Positions 24,241 through 45,600 of a stretch of 64,000 nucleotides of DNA are shown piece by piece (position 1 is the stretch's first letter; the number at the start of each line of letters is the position of its first letter). The translations under genes and the position numbers were made by a program. The notes below the pieces were generated by a model. That model saw only the letters and a list, made by a program, of their open reading frames with translations. It did no database searches and was not told the origin of the DNA. Source of the stretch: Lytechinus pictus (Eukaryota); the NCBI RefSeq assembly GCF_037042905.1, contig NC_087246.1:64728001-64792000 (forward strand), read 5' to 3'.

Positions 24241-24842
24241 ATTAACAATTTTTTACCGGATAAATAGTAATAGAAATATTGTATTTATAATTTCGATTGA
24301 TGATGTATTTATAATAGTGTTTTCAGTGCGCAGGCGCATAACTTGTTATTTTAATTTAAGACGTATTTTGTTTTTGTTTTTATTCACTATATTCATGGGA
24401 TAATAAAGAAATTCTAAGATTTTATGAATAAGTATTCTTATCAAAGAACATATGCAGTATGATTTTCAGTAAATGTTATAATAATCATTCCGAAAGATAT
24501 GAAAAATGATGGATTTAACATAAACTATTGATTCATTCAAAGAAAAAAAATTTACAGCATTTCAATTTGCCTTTTCACTGCCAAGTTCAATATTTTACAT
24601 GTTATGTTACATTCAATATCATGTTATAATGATGAGCCATTAAAGTTTGTGGACTATCTTTTCAAATTCCTCGCAAGCTATAGTTGTATACAAAAAAGAA
24701 GTTTTCGAAGTATGCAAAAAAATATTATATATACGACATTTCTGTGTGACTTTTCTGTTTAAAAAGCAATTAAAATTAGTTATTGTTAAGTAATTTGATT
24801 TATGCAAAGACAAAACCCTTAAATTCTGAACTCTATGGACTC

Positions 24843-25000
24843 TTGGGAGCGTAACTTGAAAGCTCTTGTGGGACATTTTATCCGACAAGTCCTGTTTTAT
24901 CTGACAGTTACCATGGTAATGGTGCTTCTCAGCCAACCACATTCAAGAAGAGTTGTCAGATCTGACTTGTCGGACGAAAATGTTGTTGAAACACTCTCTG
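24843..25000. mobile_element. MITE (same family as 23931)
   Basis: TTTATCCGACAAGTC...CAGTTACCATGGTAA...GACTTGTCGGACGAAA internal inverted repeat. Confidence 0.7.
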
Positions 25001-25475
25001 GTAAGCTATGGGAGTCAGATGTTACAAAAAAATCGTAACATTGTAGGCGCAATTAATTAGCTCATTCTACACAAAGTCAATTCATAACTGTCTGGGAATT
25101 AGGGGGATAATAAACGTAAAAAGCATATATTTTCGGCTTCCCATTTTTTTAACACAGTTAGACCATAAATTAAACTGGACTTCAGAATACTTGCCATTAT
25201 GCTTGAAATATTTGACATTTCTGTGTTACTTATTGGTATATTAATTATTAAATTCAATATCACTGCCGATCTTGCTGTGCGTTATGAATAAGTTTTATTG
25301 AAACCTTACCATGCATACAGTATAATGATGGTGATGATGATGATAACAATGATATTAATTATATGAAAATGATAATCAGGATAATGATAATGGCGGTATG
25401 ATGATGGTGATGACGATGATGATGCATGATAGGCATATTGCAATATGCACTTATTGGTTATCAAGAGGGACCATG

Positions 25476-26335
25476 CATAGGCGTCACTCCGACCTTGAGC
25501 CGGGAAGGGGGGGGGGGCTTTTTAAGGACTCTTGGTATGAATTCAGTAACATGATACGTGTTTCACCATTTAAAGATGCGCGCGCGAAGCGCGACCTAAA
25601 AACAATGCATTATAGCCTAAACACTTACTTCCTTAATCATGAACACGCCATATCTCTTACTAAACAAATAACGCGAGCATTATGAAGTGTGAGCTGATTA
25701 TTGTTGATGTTCATACCTGAAAACTATAGATTTTGAGCACCTTTATAATAGTAACGGTATCCGTTATTTGTTTATAATTTGAGCGCGAAGCGCGAGCTGA
25801 AATTTATAAATGGGCCTACATATACCTGACTAATCTTGAAAGGAATTGAAGCATTGTTTGACATACATGCATAAAGAAAAGTCATGAAGGGGGTAATGAA
25901 GGCTATACCAGTAATTAAATTTATGCAAAGGCGCAAAGCGCAACCTTAAGAACGGACATTTTTTACACATTGTTTTTTTTTTAACAATAGGCAGACAACT
26001 TAAAAAAAGGAACTTTTTAAGCAGTTTGTTGGATATGTGATTTATCTTTTTATCTTTTTTTTTTTTGATATGCAAAAAAAAAATTGACAATCAAAAAGAC
26101 AAAAAAGAAGTTTGTCATCACTCTCAAATGACTAAGGTTTGTATCTCTTTTTTTTGGAGGGGGGGGGTAGATTTCTCTTGTGCCAAGACCTCTTGCCGCC
26201 CACCCCCCCCCCCCACCCGTTGATCCGAACCTGAGCAATATCTTGTTCTAACGCCATATTTACATTCCAAATTTTAATTGTGCCTGTCAAGGGGGGCACG
26301 GGCCGGCTGGTGCCCCCTGGATCGATCCGCCAGTG
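25476..26335. mobile_element. Decayed hAT-like MITE with GCGCGAAGCGCG motifs
   Basis: Termini CATAGGCG.../GATCCGCCAGTG, with internal motifs shared with the 9296 element. Confidence 0.55.
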
Positions 26336-26571
26336 TACTGAAGGTACAGTGAATACCATTTTCAATTTTCTGAGAAAATCACATTTGATTGAGTTTTTAC
26401 CATACGATATGTAGGAAAGCTGCTCGCATATGACGTCACAGATCATAGGCCTATAATTCAAATTCTATTTATTTTTTCATCCTTTCATGGATTTTTCTCA
26501 AACCGGCAATATTTTGTTACTATTTTTCCCGCTATTTTTCCAATGAATGTTCAACAAACCCACCCATCAAC

Positions 26572-26853
26572 CAGGGGCGGATCCAGGATTTTCCTAAAGG
26601 GAGGGGGGGGGGCAATTTTTTCGGAGGAAAATTTTGACAAGCCCCCCCAAAAAGGGTTTTCAACCACAAATTAAGGATATTTCGTACCCGAAAAAAATTT
26701 GACAAGCAAAAAAAAAAAAAAGGTCTTCAATTTCAAAAGAGGGGGCACATCTCGGTTTCAATGGCATTTTTACATTACAAATTTTAATTTTTCTTCTCAA
26801 AAGGGGGGCACGTGCCCCCTGTGCCCCCCCCCCCCCCCCTGGATCCGCGCCTG
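26572..26853. mobile_element. hAT-like MITE immediately upstream of the METTL9 promoter
   Basis: TIRs CAGGGGCGGATCCAGG / CCTGGATCCGCGCCTG and 8-bp TSD CCATCAAC/CCACCAAC. An opposite-orientation copy lies at 52422-52697. Confidence 0.88.
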
Positions 26854-26859
26854 CCACCA

Positions 26860-27116
26860 ACCCAATTAACCCAACCCGGGCCCCCGCCCGGGCCCAACCC
26901 AAACCAAACCGAACCAATCCAATCCAATCAAACTGCCTTGCATCCTTGCATGCACCGGCCTCGCCGCTTAGCTAGCCTCACATCACCTGGCCGCGGGACC
27001 GGGGCGCGGCCGGGGGGCCGGGGCGGGATGCAGCGCAGCTGATCGGTCTAGCTAGCTAGTTGATCATGATAGAGTCAAGCGACTAACTTCCGAGACTGAC
27101 TGAAGACGAATTTATT
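26860..27116 (+). promoter_or_regulatory. GC/CpG-rich promoter and 5'UTR region of METTL9
   Basis: GC boxes (GGGGCGGG, CCCGCCC) and CCAAT repeats directly upstream of ATG 27117. Confidence 0.55.
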
Positions 27117-36137
<9,021 letters not shown>

Positions 36138-36605
36138 TGAATATCACACGAGTCTGAAGAAAACAGTACTTTTTAAATAACAGTATTTTTGTTTGTGTGC
36201 TCAATGGGATCAATTGGAATGGATGCAAGAATCAGTACCTGTGCAGAGATTGGACAACTTGATCTACAAGCGACAAGTCTACTAAACCCATTTGGTCTAC
36301 TATTAAACTGGTCTAATTGCTGTTTTATTTGCACGACACTTGGTCTTATACCCACTCAGTCTAATTCTCATTAGTTTAATTTCCACTTCACCTTTTTATT
36401 GATTTTTTGTTGTTGCTTTGTCAAATTGAAATTTGGTTCATGAACAGTTCATCTAGCCATATATACACAAAGTGGATCTTAGATGAAATGTGTCTAGCCT
36501 CACATGAAATTATACCAAATGGTTAATGGGCTAAATGCCAAGTAGACCAAATGGTTGAGATGAGGCAAACTGGTTGTAGACAAAGAAGGATTAGACCTGG
36601 GACAG

Positions 36606-36738
36606 TGGGTCCCGTAACACAAAACTTAGCAATGATCGTAGATCATTTTTCTACGATGGATTCCATTGACTACAATGTACAATCAATCGTGAAAATCAAG
36701 CGTGCGATCAATCGCTAACCTTTGTGTTACGGGACCCA
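36606..36738. mobile_element. Short MITE downstream of the METTL9 stop
   Basis: TIRs TGGGTCCCGTAACACAAA / TTTGTGTTACGGGACCCA. Confidence 0.85.
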
Positions 36739-37125
36739 GGTTGGATGAGACCTAATGGAAAGTACAATAAGCAGTTGCAGACCAAGTAGCAATATACCCT
36801 CCAAAGTGCCTAAATCCTTGTCATTGTAATATACTGTATGTATAAACAAACTTGATTTATTTCACAACTGAAATATCAAAATTCATAATAGTGAGTAGCC
36901 TATGAAATGACTTCATCACAGCTGCGTAGAACACACAGCCCAACAGGTAATCTGCCAGTCTGTGAACCAACTATTGTTGTGCATCAGGGCTGGTTTACAG
37001 TTCAATACTTCAGCCAGAATTTGAAGTGTTTTATTTAGGATCTTACCTAAAGTCTATCTTTAGTTTTGGTAACCCCCCCCCCCCTCCTCAAAGTGCATGC
37101 CACTATTTCATTTCATGATTTGATA

Positions 37126-37588
37126 TTAAAGGGGAAGTTCACCCTGACAAAAAGTTTATTGTAAAAATAGCAGAAAAATTAATAAAAAATATTGTTAAAT
37201 GTTTTAGAAAAATCCATCGAAGAATTAAATAGTTATTGGAATTTTAATTATTTGATATGAGCGGCATTCCTACATAGCGAATGGTAAAAAATAGATGAAG
37301 CGTCACTTTCTCAGAAAATTGAAAATGGTTTTTACTGCACCTTTTGTATATCAACCTGACCATGAAAAGGAAACAAAAATAAGTCATCAGGAACCATTCA
37401 AAACATGAAATTCATGCATTTTATATTACATAACATATGGGGCAGCTGCTCATTTATGACGTCACAAATCCAAAACTTAAAATTCTGATAACTTTCTTTA
37501 TATTTCCTCAAACCTTCACCAATATTTTTGTTTATTTCTTCTGCTATTTTTACAACAAACTTTTTTTAAGGGTGAACTTCCCCTTTAA
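37126..37588. mobile_element. TTAA-flanked MITE (Kolobok-type), family C
   Basis: TTAA|AGGGGAAGTTCACCCT...AGGGTGAACTTCCCCT|TTAA. Confidence 0.88.
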
Positions 37589-37702
37589 TGCATGTGCCAA
37601 TAACGGTTGTGTGTAGGATATAAAGTAAAAATATGTTTCATACCAATTTTAGATCGAAATTCAAACAGGCTTTGCCACCTGAATACCCCTGCCCCCTCCT
37701 GT

Positions 37703-38016
37703 GGAGGAGCCGTGGTGTAGTGGTTCTGACACTCGCCTTGTCTGGCGTCCTTTGGCAAGGCGTTAATCCACACTTTGCCACTCTCGACCCAGGTGCTAAA
37801 TGGGTACCCGGTAGGATGTGAAAGTCATTGCAGCTTGTCCAGTACTGTGTGTGCCCCACTGGCAACTGACTGGAATACTCCCCAGGGAGTGGAGGATGTG
37901 CATCCATTGTGTGCGGGAATGACTGATTGAATCAATGACCGGGGTAGTAATGTAACTGTAAAGCGCTTAGACACGTCGTTCCAATGCTATATGAAATCGG
38001 ATTATTATTATTATTA
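37703..38016 (+). mobile_element. tRNA-derived SINE (B-box region deleted) with Meta-type core and LINE-like (ATT)n tail
   Basis: A-box GTGGTGTAGTGG, core GTCCTTTGGCAAGGC...CGACCCAGGTGCTAAATGGGTACC, and tail TGTAAAGCGCTTAGA...(ATT)5. CTCCTG lies near both flanks. Confidence 0.8.
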
Positions 38017-39605
38017 CTCCTGCATCCTTGCATGCCATAACAATTTTTTTTTCCTGATGTGTACTCTGTTACTTATACTTCATCTGTATGTTATAAAAGG
38101 AAGAGAAGCTTATGGAAAATTGAAATAAGCACAGGCGTAAATTCAAGCAGTGAACCTATGTTCAAGGGGGGGGGGGATGATCTATTGTGTCATCCCACCC
38201 CCCCCCCACTTGAATAGTATGACATGGATTTATGCCAATGGAAACAAGGGACATCAGAGCAGCCAAAACATGAAGTTTTGCTGTAGCTGTTGAAACGAGC
38301 TTGTGGGTTCTTGAAGTGACGGGATGGGATTAGTTGCAATTATCCTCGCAGGATTTCTCTGCCTCACGTTTTTACAATATTAAAAGACATTTATATTATT
38401 CTAAACATGTATGTGTTGACAATTTTTAGAGTTGATTTCTTTGAATAGAATGTCCCAGTTGTAAATGAATTTACAACTGCTGTCAGTAATTCAGCCCTCT
38501 TGATAAGTTTCATTTTGTGTTTAACATACACAAGTGTTTGACTTATCCATGTCATATGTCGAGTTTTCATTTCAAACTTATATTTTCTATAAATAAAATG
38601 TGCAATAAATTTGCTTCCATATATTTTGTGCAATTATTTTTTATTTTCAGTATCATTGGTATGGCTTTTTGGGGTGTAATTCCGAGTGATAGAGAGCAAG
38701 AGAGAAAGCGAGCAAGAGAGACAGTGGTCGAATTTGGGGGAGGTGGGTAACAAGGTGGGGAAGGTGAGATAGAAGGAAATGGTAAGAAGGTAGTAAGTAC
38801 TACTGCTAATAAAAAGTATATGATTCAGTCAGCCACTCCTAAAAACATTCCAGGTTCATCATCTGAATATATCACATATTGTATTTCATAAAGTTCCATA
38901 ATGCCATCTTCATGTGACGGTGATGTATGCAGTTTTGGACTTGGTGTGCTTCTTCTGTCCTCCCAATCTTTGTCTTTCCATCAATCCCATTCCTATCTCT
39001 CGGTCCTATGAATGCATCCTCGTCACCTTTCTCTCACTCCCTCAGCTCATCCTTTATTACCTTTCTATTATCTCTCTTTCACTCCATTCATAGTCCTACA
39101 CTTCCTCATTATCCATCTCTCTATTCCCTATTATTACCCGTTTCAGACATCCGAGCTGGTCATTTACAAAGCCGTATTGCCCGAGATTTTCTGAATAGCG
39201 GGAAGGGATAAGTATGTTACGACATGTATTTTTCTCAGTCTCTATGCGCGTATTGACTTTGCATGCAGAGATGATGCAAAATAAACTGTATATTCCGTGG
39301 TCTCACATACGGGCATTTGAGTATGCGTAGAAAGCAATATGCTTCATAATGATCCATGCAGCAACAGTATACGTCACAATAAAGATAACACTGGATCCAG
39401 TTGTTGGATACGTGTCTCTCGGGACGCGATAACAAGTGCGTCATAATGGTCAAGTGCAGATCCCAGCCCAGATATGCATACGACACAATAGAATCCTATT
39501 CTCAAAGAAATATCTCAATTTTCATGATTTTTTCTCTAGATGTCTGATGTGGATAATAAAAATATTGACTGGCTCTCCTTTCAGGGACCATTAAATATAT
39601 TGCCC

Positions 39606-40205
39606 TTAAAGGTCAAGTCCACCCCAGAAAAATGTTGATTTGAATAAAGAAAAATCAAACTAGCATAACACTGAAAAATAACACTGAAAATTTCATCAAA
39701 ATCGGATGTAAAATAAGAAAGTTATGACATTTTCAAGTTTTGCTTATTTTTCACAAAACAGTGATATGCACAACTCAGTGACATGCAAATGAGACAGTTG
39801 ATGATGTCCATCACCATTTCTTTTGTTTTCAATTGTTTGAATTATGAAATATTTCATTTTTTACAGATTTGACAATAATGACTAACTTGACTTAACCTTA
39901 TAGTATTAAACAATTCTAATTCCAAATGTTTAGGGAGGAATTAATCCTTGTATCACTTGACAATGAGGAGAAAATTAGAATATTTCATATTTCAGATAAT
40001 AAAATACAAGAGTGGATGACGTCATCAGTCTCCTTATTTGCATACTGTGCCAGGATGTGTACATAACTGTTTTGCAAAATTAAGCGAAACTTTTAAGTCA
40101 TAATTTTCTTATTTTTCATCCGACTTTGAAATTTTCAGTTATGCTTGCTAGATTTTTATCTTTTAATTCAAATCAACTTTTTGTTGGGGTGGACTTGTCC
40201 TTTAA
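39606..40205. mobile_element. TTAA-flanked MITE, family A (opposite orientation)
   Basis: TTAA|AGGTCAAGTCCACC...GGTGGACTTGTCCT|TTAA. Confidence 0.85.
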
Positions 40206-40289
40206 AAGAACCAATATGATTCTGTTGCAGGCAATACATTTGACTTTCCCCTCAAGGCCAGTCAATAATATAATTTTCTTCCAGTCCGT

Positions 40290-40902
40290 CCATTCCTGAG
40301 CTTTCTCTCGCTCCAATGCTCCTGTTTTCTCTCACTTCTTCCTTTTCTTTTACTCCTTCCATTCCTCCTCATCTTTCCCTCTGTTCCTCCTCGTCTCTCA
40401 CTTATCTTTCCTCTCTATTCTTCCTAATCCCCTTTCTCTCACTCACTCTGTTCATCTTTATCATCACACTCACTACTCAATATCTTTTTCCTTTATTCCT
40501 CCCATCCTTCTCTTACTCCTCCATCCTCCTTATCATCTTTCTCTCACTCCCTCTTTATCACCTCTCAATCCAATTATTCCTATCTTTCTCTCACTCCCCA
40601 TTTTTCCTTTCTTATACCTTTCGTTTTCTCCTCGTTAATTTCTCACTTTCATCAATTCTTTATCTCACTCTCTCTCTGTTACTCCTCGTTATCTATCTCT
40701 CACTTATCCTTCCCCTCTATCTTTTTCCATTCTTCCTTCCACTCTCTCTCTCTCTCTGTTATTCCTTGTTACCTATCTCTCTCACTAGTCCTTATCTTCC
40801 CCCTATTCCTCCCATCTCCCTCTCACTCTCTCTGTTCCTCCTGGTTATCTTCTCTCACTTTCTCAGCCCAATATATCATCTCTACCTCACTTCTCTTTCT
40901 CT
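40290..40902. repeat. Low-complexity polypyrimidine tract
   Basis: Almost entirely C/T with degenerate TCTCTCAC units. Confidence 0.85.
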
Positions 40903-41025
40903 TGTGAGAATAGAAAACACCTGAAACATAGCATTGCATTCAGAAGATATTTTATTTCCTGACTGCACTATTCACAAAGGTTTTGTCACAAGATGTTGAA
41001 TGCAACATGTAAACCACAAGATATT

Positions 41026-42654
41026 TTACTTGGCGGATGCTTCTGCTTTCTTCAGCTTGGCCATCTCTCTTGTCAGGATAGAATTCCTCTGTAATAAGAC
41101 CATGAAAAGAGAGAAGGGGGGGGGGTAAAAGAGAGGGGTGGGATAAAAAAGAAAGACTGTAAGAATTGTTCAATGTTACCTAACAGACTCCTCAGAGTGG
41201 ACTAGACAGCTTTATATTAACATTTGCATTATACAATATTGCATCAAGATTGGGCTGCTTCAGGATTTCAGAGTAACCGACATACGAGGCTGACTTTAAG
41301 GTGCAAGATTTTTAACAGAAGGAAGACTGCCATTTTATACATAAAATCAACATGGATTCACATAGCTCTGATAAAATCTAATTTTCATGCCTAAAAGGAA
41401 AAGGTCTATTGTATTCATCCAAAACAAGTCATACTGACCGCCAGCATTGGATCATGAAAGAGGTCCTCTGTCAAGGTTTGAACAAAATACCCATGTTTTA
41501 TTTGATATTTTTTCTTCTTTGACATTCAATTAAATTTTCTCACCTTTTGCTTGGCGCGCATGAGCTTGTAGCGGTCAAAGTCGGTCATCTGTTTTCTCCT
41601 CTGCTTGGCGGCCAGCTTCTTAGCCCAGATGGTTTCTTCCCACTTGGTGGTGATGTTTTCCTTCTCCCATGCCTTCCTCACTGTGCTGTTACGTGCGGAG
41701 TGTGGGATGCCGATGACAAAGTCTGTCAAGTGAAGCTGCTTGAAGCGCATTCCCTGGCGCTTCACACCGGAGAGTGGTCCATCAATGAGGGCCTGTGATG
41801 GAAAAAGATGAGAAACGGAATGGTACAGTGAAGATGGTAGTTATACCAAGTGAGTTAAAAAAAAAAGAAATTTAAACCTCTAAATCCCCAATTTAATGAC
41901 CCCCCCAAAAAAACCCCACAAAACTCATATATATCCTTAAGAAATTTCTTCTCCAGAATAATTTGATACTATTTTTATGTGGTATATATTTTAATACGCT
42001 TCGATCTGAATATACATGTAAATCCACATTCATGTAAAATGAGTCAATTAATTCATAGATATGGCAACTAAAAATGTAGCCATTTTCAAATTTACTTCTC
42101 AGTAAAATCAAGAGAACAAAGGGCAAAATGTCTCTGAAATCTTTTCAAATTTTCTGCATAATGGGCAAAAAATATCAGTCTTATAAAATAACTTTGTACA
42201 TAATTCACATGATAAAAATTATGAAATACACAAATTTAAAACAAAGAACCCCCTCAGCACTTACCCTCCTTTGGTCAATGACATCAACGATGACACATAG
42301 CTTGCCCTTGTTCTGTCCGCTGGCGATGTAGGCCACACGGCCAATCTCCACAAACCTTCTGAACACCTATCAAATGCAATAAGATAATGTGATATCAGTT
42401 CCCTAGCATTATACTCATACTGCCTGGTTTGCTGTAAATTTAACTTCATATAATTTTTTTCCCATTGAAGTGCAGTAAAAGGACCTGAAATTACATCTGA
42501 CTGAAAGTGAATTTTGATCATATACAATTTCAACAAATGCAACATAGCATTTAACATAGGAAGTTATATAATTCCAACCAATAAGTAGGAAAGGAGAGAG
42601 AAAGATGGAAAGGATATTGTGAGAGAACGAGAGAGGAAAGAGGGATATACAGAA

Positions 42655-42695
<41 letters not shown>

Positions 42696-45600
42696 TCCCT
42701 CAGATGACAGAGGGTTCATCTTTTGCAACAATTTCAAACAACGATTCTATTAAACTTGATTCTTCCATTTTCATGGAATATTTGGAATGGAAGCAATCAT
42801 CAGATTTTGTGAATCCCAACCTTTCTTTCAAATATGAACAGTTTATTCTGATATCAGGAGAAGTCTTTTTAATAGCAACAGAAATTATAATAAAAATTTG
42901 GGCCATCACTGTTATAGCAGGAAATATCATACCTAGTCCATTAAAAAATAAATGGGAAAAAAAAATAGTCTGAATTATATCACGGACACTTTGGAAATTT
43001 TAACAGATCGCTTTCACATTTGTTGAGAAATATCAAGTGCTCAATTCAACAAGAGTGCGGATACAAAATAGAAAACCCATCTACATTAGTGGACGTTCCA
43101 CTTAAGATTTTTTCTATGCATTTAAGTTTTAAGGCTAGTGCTATTTCAAACAATAAAATGTTCAAGTTTGTTCCTTAATGATATCAACAAGACAAATGGA
43201 ACTTTATTTCAAGTACAAGCTGTAATGTATTTTGTTGAATGACACTACAAGCAAGGAATAATACTAAATGAATGCAAACAACACTTTTGTTATGAATGTA
43301 AAAGATGTTTTTCGATGATGCAATATCAATGTTTGGATTAATTACTGTTTAACAATTTTTGCGATCAATAGATAACCGTACAATTTCTCACTTTTGAAAT
43401 CTACAAATATTAAACATAGATAAGCATAGATTTTGAAGGCGATAAACACTATGATGGGGGAAAAAGTGCTGAAAATTGAACCATGAAATACCAACAGAAA
43501 ATGAATGCCATTTTGAAGCTTCAATGGTTTTCTAATATGATTTTTGTTTTCTTCAATGATGAAAATGAATGTTATGAGAGGACATTCAAAATTTGAATTA
43601 CCAATAGATGGAACATAATCTTTGAACGAACATGATTTTGAAATACGAAAAGATAAAATTTATAATATGGGGACCACTTCTGCTTTCTGGGACAAAGTTG
43701 CTCTTTCTTACTGTACCTGTATCTGCCCTATCATAGTTTATACCATAATCTACAACCAATAAATATGAAATGACAACATAGCATAAAATGAAAATGCATG
43801 ACAGTAGGGCTATATCAAATGCTAGAGTGAAAAAAGTGGTCAAAAATCCCCATGTCACTCTTTAGAATCATGGCTCAGTGGTATTGATAACAAGCCCTAA
43901 ATTATGCAAGGTACAGAAGAACAAACTGAAATTAATTCAGAGACTCATTCTTATCCAGTTTATATTATGGCTATGTTTTTGCATGTGCCATCAAGTTTTG
44001 TCATGAAAAATAAGGTGCAAGTCATTCTTTATTTCTGCAGGGACATCACACCATTAAAGAAAAAGAAAAAACAATGAAAAATGATTTTGCTGAGAATAAT
44101 GTCAAACTGATATTAAATGTAGGAGCTATATTTTGCAATTTATAGGTCTAAGTATTTGCAGGTCCTTGTCCAACACAGTATACGGTAAGTACAGAAGAAG
44201 AGGTACATGTAGATGTTTCGAGTATGAAGTCCTGAGTTCAACTGCCTGATCTTGACAGTGCCTAATAGCCCTAATTTATTATTCAACAGAAATCGTGGTT
44301 GTCTTTGCAAAATGAACTTGATTTTTATTCACAAGACCTAAATATTGAAACTAACTTTAGTTATAACAATGACTTAGTAATGTATATTCGCGTAAAGGGT
44401 TTTACAATATAAAATTCATTATTTATACCTTGGTCACATTTGCTCTACGGCGGCCGTACCGCGAGTAGAAAACAGCCGTTTTAATCTTTTTGTACCAACT
44501 ACATATAGGTGGTTTGAATTAAAATTAATAAACCGGCTGTTTTCGACTCGCCGTAGATCAAATGTGACCAATGTATTGGTCAACCAGGGAGGAGGGATAG
44601 GGTAACTAACATGACTGAAGAGTCAGGCATAGAAGGAATTCTTACAACAAAAGGAATGATCAAGTAGGGGATGTAAGGTATGGAGGATAGATAAGGGTAA
44701 CAAAAGGCAAGCAGGCTGATGAAGACTGGTGGCAAAGAGAATAGAAGTGAAAAAAGTCTTATTCTTGAGAGAGCTATGTGCGGTAAATGTAAAAGGGGTT
44801 AAAGGAGTGAACCCTGGCTGAGAAAGAGAACTCAAGGATCATTAAAGATAAATACCAGTCATGGTAACGATCTCAAAATGAGTTCGAATAGAATCCAATA
44901 AAATGGCCACCCAAGTCTTTGTATGTATAAAAAAATCATGCCAAATAACTCTTGGGAAAAATGTGTAATTGCTGAGAAATGAGCAAAATGAGCATGTCGG
45001 GTATTTTATACACTGTCCCACATATGCCTCTTTGTGTCAGTGATCATTAGAATTATCGATTTTCAGCTAAAATTTCATAATTTCACAAAGATAAGTTTAT
45101 TACAGTGTACCAGATCTAGATCTATGATAATATTGTGGCAATTAACCTTGATTTTAAAGACTTTTTCATGAAATCATTGTTTGCTGCAACTTTCTTTCAG
45201 CTTTCACACTGACCATTCATTGAATAAGAAAACCGTAATAAGCTTATTATAATGTACAAAATAGTTCCCTACATGAACCTTACTCTCACAGTGAATCATT
45301 ACAAGAATGGGCAGACATTTGACATATGATTAGCATGATTTTTATACAATTATATTTCATATTTATTTTCTAGATACTTACCTGTCTTTTATTTACACCC
45401 TAAAATACAAGATATGATTTAATCAAAAGAAATATCATGTCACTGAAAAACATATCAACACAGAATTGAAGCATATTCATGAAAATATTAACAAAATTAG
45501 TAATCTGGAGCAGGGTTGGGCTCAATTACTTTCTTCAATTGCAGTTACAATACAAATACAATTACGTAGTTGAAGAAATTTTAAATTCCAATTACTTTTC

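Noticed and set aside
40316-40924. 202-aa hydrophobic ORF resembling a membrane protein
   Set aside because: Artefact of a polypyrimidine low-complexity tract (L/S/F/P codons).
42745-42799. Hairpin followed by ATAGAA (box H-like) in RPL14 intron 1
   Set aside because: No second hairpin ending in a properly placed ACA box, which is insufficient for a snoRNA call.
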